NCBI RefSeq assembly: GCF_036321535.1
Contig: NC_087437.1
Span: 32,614,001-32,678,000, forward strand
Length of the DNA: 64,000 nt
From: Camelus dromedarius
Taxonomy: Eukaryota
Direction of reading: 5' to 3'
The number at the start of each line of letters is the position of its first letter. Positions within the stretch are counted from its first letter, which is position 1. Made by a program: the position numbers and the translations under genes. This document shows, piece by piece, positions 53,231 through 62,699 of the stretch. The notes below the pieces were generated by a model. The model worked only from the letters and a program-made list of their open reading frames with translations. It was not told where the DNA came from and did not search any database.

Positions 53231-53534
53231 CAGATGAATTTTAGGGGTGAAAGTGCAGCAAAATGAAGGAGAGTCCGTCTTTGGAAAGGGGGTTATTCTA
53301 TTCTACCTTATTTTACGTATTATCGGTTCCTTTATTGATTTGGCATAAAATCAATCCGGTTTCTGTGCCAGGTGGATAAAACGGGGTGGGGGGGAGGGAG
53401 TTTCACTCAGAGTCACCATTCTCAGGGCCCCTTGATTGCGACACGTAGGAGCAGAGGCAAGCACTTTACCAAGTTAGTATATTCGAGAGTTACACATTCA
53501 TCAAAAAGGAAGAAGGAAAGACTATCCCGGATAG

Positions 53535-53540
53535 TTTAAT
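53535..53540 (-). terminator. Candidate SHOX2 polyadenylation signal (ATTAAA)
   Basis: tttaat on the + strand. Just downstream on the minus strand is a U/GU-rich stretch (ctttccttcttcctttttgatgaatgtgt) resembling a downstream element. Confidence 0.6.
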
Positions 53541-54199
53541 AGTAACAGGAACAAAGATGACGCGAACTCCATCAAATGAAACAATACTATTTTCATTCAA
53601 TTGATCGCAAAGTGTCTTCAATTAATAACTTGGCACTTATTTAAAAGGTTTAACAGAGGTGAAACGGAAACATTTTGTACCGACACGTCATGAAATAACA
53701 GCATCTTCTTTTGTTTAAAATAACTTAATACACTAGAAAAAATATGGCAAATATAAATTATTTTGTTTTCATGGAGAACAAATAGTTACAAAGCTCAACC
53801 GCATACCAAAGTTCAGTTAAAGGAGCTTTTCCTCTTTCTTGTAAATTAGGAGTTAAAAAAAAAAAAAACTAAGGAGGCTTTTTAGATAATTGGGATAGAG
53901 TGCTTAATCCAGGGTACCCCAGTTTAAATAGCTACATTGAGACAAACAAAAAAAATTACTTGAATATACACCTTTGTGAGATAAAATGAAAATGTTGAAA
54001 GTCAACCATCAGTTCACACATTATAGCCAAAATAAACTTTGTTCGTGTGTATCAACATATTTTACACAAGCCTAGTGCCTGTATCTAGCTGGGTGTTGTT
54101 TAACGTGAGTGTGATGGGGTAGAGAGGGGGAAATAAAGCACGGTCCTCAAAGAGGACTTCAGGAAATCAGCAAGAGGGAATACAAGAAAAGGGGGAGGG

Positions 54200-54272
54200 G
54201 AAGGGACTAACACTGAGCGCCTAGTATGTATCAGGCACTACGTGAGGCGCTGTACGTTCATTATTTCATTGT
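54200..54272. mobile_element. MIR fragment inside SHOX2 3'UTR
   Basis: actaacactgagcgcctagtatgtatcaggcact...gcgctgtacgttcattatttcatt. Confidence 0.55.
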
Positions 54273-55269
54273 TTTCTTTTTCCTTTCCCCACATTTTCTA
54301 CCTGCCTCCCTTTTCTTGGGACAATCAGAGTGTAATTTTTTTCTCTTAATGCTTTTTTCTTTTGTCCCCCAGGATCAAAGATGGGGCAAAAAAAATACAT
54401 AGATAGAAATATATATCAATTTCCAGACGCTTTAGGTATTGTTTTTCGTACTGAAGATGAAAATGGAGCTAAGTGCATGTCAGTAAAGCAGGGAGGGGGG
54501 AGACACCATCAATGGAATACAAGTAACATGCAAACCAGAATTTACTGTCAGCAATCTGGACAGTTCTCCCATAATAATTTCTCAGAGAATCATTGTCTGT
54601 GATTATTTTTTGTACTAACATCATTTTTCCTCTCCTTGTTTTTATACTGTCTTCCCTCTTCTTACTCTTCCATACGTGGTGGTTTTTAACTCAAAGCATC
54701 TGATTCAACGTAAAAGGAGGCCCGCCTCTCTTATCAAATTTCTTGTATTAAAGTGAACTTCGCAGAAAAAGGTCAGTTTCAAAACCTGTGAACTTTCCAG
54801 CTGCGTACTTTTTTCCATCTTAATTCTTTAAATAAGTATACCTCTTCCTCTGTTTTGCCTTCTTAGCCCATATTTAAAAAAAAAAACGTACATTTTAAGT
54901 TGGTAACTCCCTCCCATTCTCTCGAGATTAGTCCACGTTATTTTTCCATATTTTTTAATGTACAAAATACTTTAACTTCTTTTTTTCTTTTTTTGTTCCT
55001 TGGTTCTCTCTCCGATTTCAGCTTCTGCCGAATAGCAATAAGAAATAAGTTTCCTTTCTCTTTTTCTCTCTGGCTCGTCTTTTCTACTTTTTTTCCTCCT
55101 CATTTTGTAACAACAGGATTTTTATTTCTACGCAAGAGTCCATCGTGCAGTTTTGCCGTGAGCCACACTCGACTGTCCCAGCACTCTCTTGTCCAGTGTC
55201 TCTCCAGACTTCCCCAAACCTGCCCCTACAATGCCGATTTCTAGGCCCTTGGGTAGGTTAGGAGCCACG

Positions 55270-55860
55270 GAACTGGTGCGCCTTGTGGGATCCCTGGTCC
55301 CGCCTTCCGAGTCCAGGATGCGGAAGGGGGCAAGGGGAGATCAGCGGGGCGAAAAGAGGTTCGGCTCCGGAAGTCTGGAGCAGGTAATGGAGAAGCAGCG
55401 GGGCTCGGAGGGCGTGCAGGCTGCGGGCCAAGCTGCAGGCGTGACGTTGGCGCTGGCGTTGGCGTCACAGACCCAGGGCAGCCGCGTGCTTTTTGGCTTT
55501 CAGTCTGAGATCCGCGATGCTGGAGTTCTTGCTGGTGGTCTTGGCGGCGGCAGCAGCAGCCACAACCGAGGCGGCAGAGGCCGAGTCCGCGGCCAGCGTG
55601 GCGAGCGGCAGTCCGAAGGGCGGCGCCGGGAACATCATGTACGGCGCGTGCGCGGCCAGGTGTGGGTGCAGGTGGTGGTGCGCGTGCGCCACGGCGCTGT
55701 CCAGCTGCAGCTGCGCCTGAACCTGAAAGGACAAGGGCGTCACGTTGCAATGACTATCCTAGGGTGACAACAGAATAGAAACAGAGCATTAAAAGCGTCC
55801 AGCTTGGCTCCGGGGAAGGCTGGGGCAGGGGTCGGGAAAGGGGCGTTTGGCTGACCTTCT
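55270..55860. promoter_or_regulatory. CpG island over SHOX2 last exon
   Basis: GC- and CpG-dense sequence around the terminal coding exon. Confidence 0.7.
55465..55758 (-). CDS. SHOX2: SHOX2 last coding exon (His-rich segment, poly-Ala, OAR domain, stop)
   Basis: Acceptor caccctag|[55 protein letters not shown]...[24 protein letters not shown]. An alternative in-frame acceptor would start the exon at 55722. Confidence 0.97.
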
Positions 55861-56244
55861 CAGTCTGTTACTGAATCTGGAGCGCCAGAGGGATACTCAG
55901 GTGCCCCTGAGTCTCTGAAACTAGCTCAGCTCGGGTTATCCCCCTCTGGGCCCCAGGGACTCTCATCTGCAGAAATGTGGCCGCCCCCTCGGGAGCTGGG
56001 CCCTTCAGAGGGCGACACTGCTATTGTGCTAAAACATCGGTCTCCTTAAAATAACAATGGTATATTGGACAGGCAGGGTTAGGGCCCTTACCCTTCTCTC
56101 TTGATGCTGTCATATACTTCATACCCCACTACTAAAGCACTGAAATATCAATAAGCAAAATACAAAACTTTTAAAATGTTACTTAGAGGAGCTGGTGCAT
56201 CTTCTCAGAAGTGGCGCAACTGTTAGTATTTTTAACTTTTACTG

Positions 56245-56390
56245 CTATTAAAATTACTTTGGAATCTTCTTAAAATGCAGGGTTCTGATTCAGAAGGTCT
56301 AGGTTAGGGCCAGAGATCCTGCATTTCTAACAATCTCCCAGGTGGTGCTGATGCTGCAGACTTGCAGATCACCTTCTGACTAGTAAGGCT
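56245..56390. mobile_element. MER5A-like hAT-Charlie relic in intron 4
   Basis: cttaaaatgcagggttctgattcagaaggtctaggttagggccagagatcctgcatttctaacaatctcccaggtggtgctgatgctgc. Confidence 0.8.
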
Positions 56391-56615
56391 CTCCTTTTAA
56401 GATCCCCTCTCTCTCCAGTCATTCTCTCTTGCTTCAAAAGCCTAGCATCAGGATACCAGGATCCTGTGGTGCCAAGAGAGCTAAGATCTCCCTAACACTA
56501 ACCCTCAATACATGGGCGCACCCAGGTGTCTCCCCAGACCAGGACGCTGGCAACTGAGAGCTAATTCATGATTTCACAGTTCTCCTGAGCAGGGGTCCTC
56601 AATGAGATTGGGTAG

Positions 56616-56657
56616 GGTCAGACACTGGTTGGGGAAGGTCAGGCACTGGTTGGGGAA
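56616..56657 (+). repeat. 21-bp tandem duplication
   Basis: ggtcagacactggttggggaa / ggtcaggcactggttggggaa, one mismatch. Confidence 0.85.
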
Positions 56658-57327
56658 GGATTACGCCCTTAGGCTTGGAGAATGCGGAGTTCAGAGCACT
56701 GGGATTTCCCAGGATTAAATCATTGCTGCAGGCCATTCTTTTACAATGTAGTCTTAAAGGTTCTTTATGGCTAAGAAAGAGATTGCAGAGGCAGGGCTTC
56801 CCTGAAGACTGACGCTTCTCTCTCTACTAGAGATGAAGCTTTGTTTGCAGCATTAAAAAATCAAAAATTCAGGTCTGAGTTAGAAGTTTGTTTTATTCAT
56901 TCATTCATTCATTCATCTTTTGTCAGAGACATTTAATATGACTAAGAGGTAGAAAATACCCAGAAAAATATTTAGAGAGTTGCCTTAGAAGCACTTTAGG
57001 ACTAACCTCTGTATTGCATCTGACAAAATCTTATCAAAAGGCTTTTCCTTCCTCTCCCCAAGTGCAACCTTTGGTGCATTTTTAAAGGACTGGTTGCTGC
57101 CCTCAGGCTTCTTTGGGTTTCCCATGAGGACAGAAAGGACTAGGCATGTAGGCCCCTGACACTATAGGTTTTTAAAAGGGAGAGGGTGCACTAAGTCATC
57201 TGAAAATTGATTATTCAACTGTACAGATACCCACATTGGGGCACAGAGAGAGGAGATGTTCAACAGTTCAAGCAAACATCCAAGTCTTTTTACGGTTAAA
57301 AACAGGTTGAAACTGGGCTGTACTTGC

Positions 57328-57416
57328 CTGCTGAAATGGCATCCTTAAAGCACCTACATTGACGTAGGGTGCTACTCTACAAGCTTCAAATTGACTGGCA
57401 GCCCCTATGAGGACGC
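57328..57416 (-). CDS. SHOX2: SHOX2 coding exon 4
   Basis: Acceptor ttttaacag|GC; (G)[29 protein letters not shown]; non-canonical donor CAG|GCAAGT; 89 nt. Confidence 0.96.
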
Positions 57417-57728
57417 CTGTTAAAAATGAGGGAACAAAACACAATGAAATGAGGTTAACATTTCTAACACTGTTTCCCAAGTTTCCAAATGGTACCAAGA
57501 TAGAGCTAATTTCTTTGGAATTGGACTATTATCTCTCTAAACTGCTGCCATAATTAAAATCAATATAATTTACTCCCAAACTTTAGGACTCTCATTAACT
57601 GCTTTCAGAGCAGATTTTTAAATAAGGACTATAGTTATCTTTGAGAAGGTTTTTTTCTGTCTTCATAATAACAATATTCTCTAATACTCTCTCTACTTAG
57701 GGTATAAAATGTTCTTTGAGAAACATAC

Positions 57729-57786
57729 CTTTATGAAGTTGATTTTCTTGTTTTCTACATTTAGCTCTTCGATTTTGAAACCAAAC
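57729..57786 (-). CDS. SHOX2: SHOX2 coding exon 3 (recognition helix, Q50 paired-like)
   Basis: Read by hand because it is too short for the ORF track: ttgtag|GTT TGG TTT CAA AAT CGA AGA GCT AAA TGT AGA AAA CAA GAA AAT CAA CTT CAT AAA G|gtatgt = VWFQNRRAKCRKQENQLHK; 58 nt. Confidence 0.97.
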
Positions 57787-60168
57787 CTACAAATTGGAGG
57801 GAAAAATAAAACCTAGATGTTATGACTCATTTTTTTTTTAATTTACAAGAGTACTATGGAAAAAAAGCAGTGTTTTAGGCAAGGATTAAGAGATATACAA
57901 GCAATTTTTGAATTATATAGAACAGTCTCAATTTCTGAAGAAAAAATGTAAATGAATAACAAAAATAGACAGATTTCACAGACTTTTGCAAGATAAATTT
58001 GTTTCTTGATAAATTACTATAGTCCTGGTTTTATGTTTCCACAATTACAGAATCCCCAAGGCCTAAAACTTTCCCTGATACCTGATACAAAGTGATAATG
58101 GGTTTAAATGTTTGCCCAGAAAACCTGAGAAGAATGTGCTCATTAATAGCCTGTAATATTAATTAACTTCATCTTCAAGAAAAACCATACACCAAAGCAA
58201 ATAGTGACTCTGGTTTTGTTGTTGTTTTTTTTTTTTCCTGGGGGTTGAGGGGATAAGAGTAGGGGAAGAGGTAATTAGTGTCAAAAAACCATCACTACAA
58301 AGAAGTTTAGAATTTCTCTGTTCCTCTGTGCAGCAGAGTGTAACACGGTAGCAGAATAATTGTGCCATTATCATGATAATCTAATTTGCTTCTATAGAGG
58401 AAGCCACTGCTTGCAGTTAGGGTAGTAGAGAATTGTCCAGAAAATAGATCAAAATTTAAACAAAAGTATGAAAAAATAAATACCAGCAATAAAGTTCACT
58501 TACTATGAGAAAAGAAGAGCATTCTGTGAAATGGGATTGGGGTCTGAATCAAGTAACTGGATACTATCTTCTCCCAGATATTACCTTCTTAGATAAACTT
58601 GCCAACTTTTAGAGGCAGTATGGCAGATTTAAAAAAAAAATTCAAATAAAGCTTGCTTTTATACTCCAATAATACAGCATTGTTCCAATAATACAGCATA
58701 TTGACTGATTCACAAATTAATGTTAAAAAAACATGAAAGTAAAATATTGCTTCAGAGCTTTTTCTTGTTTTTGAAAGCAAGAGTCATAGTCGATGTAAAT
58801 CTTCAAAAATTCCCCTGCCATTTAGTGTAAAAGAAGGGTAGATTTCATGCCAGGGTGGCATCCTTTGTGTACCTCACATGGCCTGAGGCTTCTTGCCTCT
58901 TTTTTGCCCTAGAAGAGTTGGAACTGAGATACTAATGCTCACAACTGTAATAATTATCATCATGTCTTTAAGGGGTTGCTGAGCCTCTAGAGATCTCAGT
59001 ACACAGAGCAAAGCAGGAGAGGTTTAAAAAGGAAGGCTCTGCTGTTGATGCTGTGATGACCAGGGCAGCCTATTATTACTTTTCCCCTTCAACGAAATGG
59101 TTCTGTTTTTGTCCTGATCCTATTACAAGATGCAGGGAAGCCCCATAAGAATTGCATAGTTCACTACAGATGGTGGTCTCTGCGCCCAGAGACCTAGGGA
59201 GTATCTGTTACAGTGATACTTTGTAACAGCTGCAGATGTTCAGGCCTAAAACTGCTCCATGTGTTCAAACAAATAATGACCATCATTTTCTCCTATTTTA
59301 TTATTTGAGCGGAAATACAATCTGAAACATTTAAGTTCGTTTTCCATAAAACTAAAAGGATATATATGCGTGTATGTATATAATTTTTTACCTTAAATGC
59401 TTTGAAGCCTAGTTTTGTTGTTACTTTCACCTCCATAACCAGTAAAGAAAATCTGCTGTAATACTAACTTCATTGAGTTTGGTACTTTCTGGGGGTCAGA
59501 CTTTAGAAATGTCAATATTAAGGTATGTGAACTGTTTTAAAATCAAGTTTCTGTAGGTTCAGGCTCTCTTTCCCGGTTAAGTGAGGAAACAAAGAGTGAC
59601 CAAAACGCATTTACTTCTCCACTATTTAACACACAGTTTGAGATCGACCGCTAATGGCAGACTGTAAATTTCTGCACTTAACAGTTGCTAATTTTCTTTA
59701 TAGTCTGTATGTCTATAAACCTAATTGGCATATCCGCTTGGCAAACCTAGATCCCAGAGCAGGGGGGCCTCAAGGAAACCCAATTCAGGCAAACAAAATA
59801 TTCGTTGTTACTTTTAAGGCATCCAGAAGATAAAACGTTTTCTGTGGGATTTTTTTAAGGCTTATAAAAATAGGCCCATTAGGATTAAACCACATTAAAG
59901 GGATCGTGAGGCGAGGGGGGTGTGGTTTATAGAAACTCTGGGAGCAAGCCCAGCACAGCTTTCTTCTGCTGGGAACATATGTTGGGATGGGGGGGGGGGG
60001 GCTTTAAGACTGAGATCTACTTTGGAAAATAAAACCTCTCTTCCCTTTTCACCTCACTCCAGACACTTGAACCCGCACCCCCGTCGTGTGTCTGCCAAGG
60101 GACTCTCCAACCCCAGTCATTCCCCTCTGCTCCCTGGGCCCAGCCTCGACCTCCTCACAGCCGGGTAC

Positions 60169-60377
60169 CTGCACTCGGGCTTCGGACAGCCCCAGTCTTT
60201 GGCTCAGTTCTTCGCGCATGAAAGCGTCCGGGTAGTGGGTCTCGTCAAAAAGCCTCTCCAGCTCATTGAGTTGTTCCAAGGTGAAATTGGTGCGACTTCG
60301 CCTCTGCTTGATTTTGGTCTGGCCTTCGTCCTCCATCCCTTTCGCATCTTCTTTGCGATCCTTCAGCTCCGGGGATA
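60169..60377 (-). CDS. SHOX2: SHOX2 coding exon 2 (homeodomain N-terminal arm, helices 1-2, start of helix 3)
   Basis: Acceptor actccag|TA; (V)[69 protein letters not shown]; donor CAG|GTACCC; 209 nt. Confidence 0.98.
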
Positions 60378-60420
60378 CTGGAGTGGGCACCACGAACAAG
60401 GCCACACGTATGTCCACGCG

Positions 60421-60442
60421 CACACACACACACACACACACA
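60421..60442. repeat. (CA)11 microsatellite near the exon 2 acceptor
   Basis: Read directly; it is (UG)11 on the pre-mRNA. Confidence 0.95.
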
Positions 60443-62553
60443 AGGACAAAAACCAACACAGCAAATCCTATTACCAGATTTGTTTCCAGAAGGGTGGCAG
60501 ATCCTGCCCCCTCCCGGAGTTCTGTCCAGTTCCTCAACCCGCTGCGAGGAAGAGGATCCTGGAGATGCGACAAGATCAACTCTGGGTGGCCTCCCGCGGG
60601 CAAGGTGGGCATTCACTCACTCATCCTTTCCGCAACTGTGGCCCCAGCTCACCTCCTCACTATCCAGCCCATTGTCCCCTGCCCTCCCCTTCCATCACCA
60701 AATCAATTTCCCTCACCCTCTCTTGCATTCACTCTCTCCCACGCACGCACAGAAATCAAAAGCGCCGCACACTGCGGGTTGCAGAACGCAACCCCGGCAG
60801 AAGCGCGCTGCGAAGCCAGAGACTGGCCTCTCACACTGGCTATTCCTAGAGTGCTGGGCCGTTCTCAGGCCAGCTCCGGCCACCACCGCCAGCTCTCTTG
60901 TCTCTTCAAACTTGCTGGTCTAATTTGGGAAAAATTGGGCCGAAGGGTCAAAGCAGGAGGACAAGACCCGGGTGCTGCGTGGCTCTGGGAGCCAAATCCC
61001 CGGAGCTCTGTGCTGACCCAGGGCTCGGGCCAAACCCCACCACAGCCCACAGGCAACCAGGCAGTCCCGGACCCTCTGCGTCCCGGTAGCCTAAGCAGAG
61101 GCGCCCACGCCATGCTGACAGCCTAGAGGGCTCACCGCCCACACCGGGCCACAAGGCCAGAGGTGGAAAACCAGCCTCCGGTGGCCTGCGAAACAGACCA
61201 CTACCTCTGTTCGCTCCTTCTCCCTCCCCGTTGGAAAGGTAGACTCGACCCTAAACGCTTAAACCCACAGAGATCAACAGGTTCAAGCAGAATATTCGCG
61301 ATCCTCGGTTTCTATTGGTTGCCCAAAGGTTTTTCATGCAACCAGCAGCTCCGATGTTCAATAAAATATGCACTTTTCTTCTTCGGGTTTGCACACATCC
61401 GTTGCCACTTTCCTGTCCTTCCTCCGTTTCAAAACAAGAGCTCCATGACTGTGAGCGTACAGAGACACCAGAGGAATGTGGCTGTATTTATATACATGGG
61501 CCAAGGGGTTGTGATCAGGGTAATCGGTATCAACATAAGCTGCCCTCTGGAACCTTCAGTCTCTGAGCCTGAGTTGGAGTCTTGGGTTTTTAAGGTGCCA
61601 ACACTGAATGTGGATAATCGAGGCGGCTCTGCTGTTCTTCCCAGCCCAGAATCCCAATCAGCATGGGTGTTAAAAATAATCTCCGGAAGAGCTGGCCTGC
61701 AGAGAAATATTCCCCCTTAGCTTGGAAATCAGCAATCCTAGGACTTCGCACGCCCAGGATTCAGACCTTAACTTCGTGGTCCGGCACACTGGTGTACCCA
61801 GGGCCTCGAGCTGTGGACTCAGGCAGGGGAGGCTGCACTGGACAACCTGACAGTTATGCCATCACTTTCCAAATTTATGAGTAGCTGGTACCCGTTCTGG
61901 GGTAAGAAGAACCTCTAGATGTCAGCCCAGCCTGGCATTCTAGATACGGTGATTTTAAGTGTTGCCTGTATTTCTACTTCTCAGACTTCGTTTTGTGGAC
62001 ATTTGTCCTTCCTCTAGGAAGTGGATAAACACTATAACACAAACTCAAGCCAAGTTAATAGGAAAATATTTCCACTGATATTGTAATGAAATTTAAATAT
62101 CAAAACACACCCTTCAGATTCCACCAAATGAGTGAGAAGGCTTTGTTTTTATTTCATGCCATCCATAGTGGAAGCCTCTCAAACTTTGGGGGCTTCAAAG
62201 AGAAAGATGTCCACATTTCCAGTTGATTAATAGACTTAATATAATCTCTATTTCGCCCCCAAATTTCCACTTATTGGCCTAAACAGGAACAGGCCGTATT
62301 ATAAACAACTTAATTGCTTGCTTAAATATGTGATTCTACGCATGTCACATATTTTCTTAATTGGAAAAATATGGCAGCACACCAGTTACTGCAGGCACCA
62401 AGCACCAAATTAATTTTATTGTTGAACTCCTTTGAATTGGTACAGGACACTCCACCATTTAGAAAAAGCCTTTGCCTAACACTTTGCTGGCACCAAAAGA
62501 TTGTCCCACCACAAAGCCAGAGCACTGGATGATGCTAAGCAGTAAATATCGAA

Positions 62554-62586
62554 AAACAAACAAACAAACAAACAAACAAACAAACA
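62554..62586. repeat. (AAAC)n microsatellite in intron 1
   Basis: About 8 copies of aaac. Confidence 0.9.
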
Positions 62587-62699
62587 GACAAGAGCCTAAA
62601 GTGTCCACCGAAAGAAACAGCACAGCCTGGACCTTAGCCGGCCTTGGCTTCGTTCTCCCTTCATAGCTCTAAGAGAATGGGAAGTTCTGGCCCCCAAGA

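Larger units (their letters stand above)
53515..55464 (-). other. SHOX2: SHOX2 3'UTR (~1.95 kb)
   Basis: Follows the stop codon and is AT-rich and nearly repeat-free. Candidate minus-strand poly(A) signals: AATAAA at 55121-55126, ATTAAA at 53535-53540 and AATAAA at 53331-53336. Confidence 0.7.
60150..61320. promoter_or_regulatory. CpG-rich segment spanning exon 2 and distal intron 1
   Basis: Many CpGs, e.g. 60740-60890 and 60960-61300. Confidence 0.6.

Noticed and set aside
51674..53266. Several 65-197 aa ORFs in the downstream CpG island
   Set aside because: Arg/Gly/Pro/Ala-rich frames are expected from stop-codon scarcity in GC-rich DNA, and no protein family is recognisable.
55189..55767. 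192-aa (+) and 169-aa (-) ORFs overlapping the last exon
   Set aside because: Alternative or antisense frames of the GC-rich SHOX2 exon.
59920..61126. Long + strand ORFs (309 aa, 286 aa, 147 aa) over exon 2
   Set aside because: Antisense shadows of the GC-rich homeobox exon and CpG-rich intron. They run through a CA microsatellite and show no recognisable domain.
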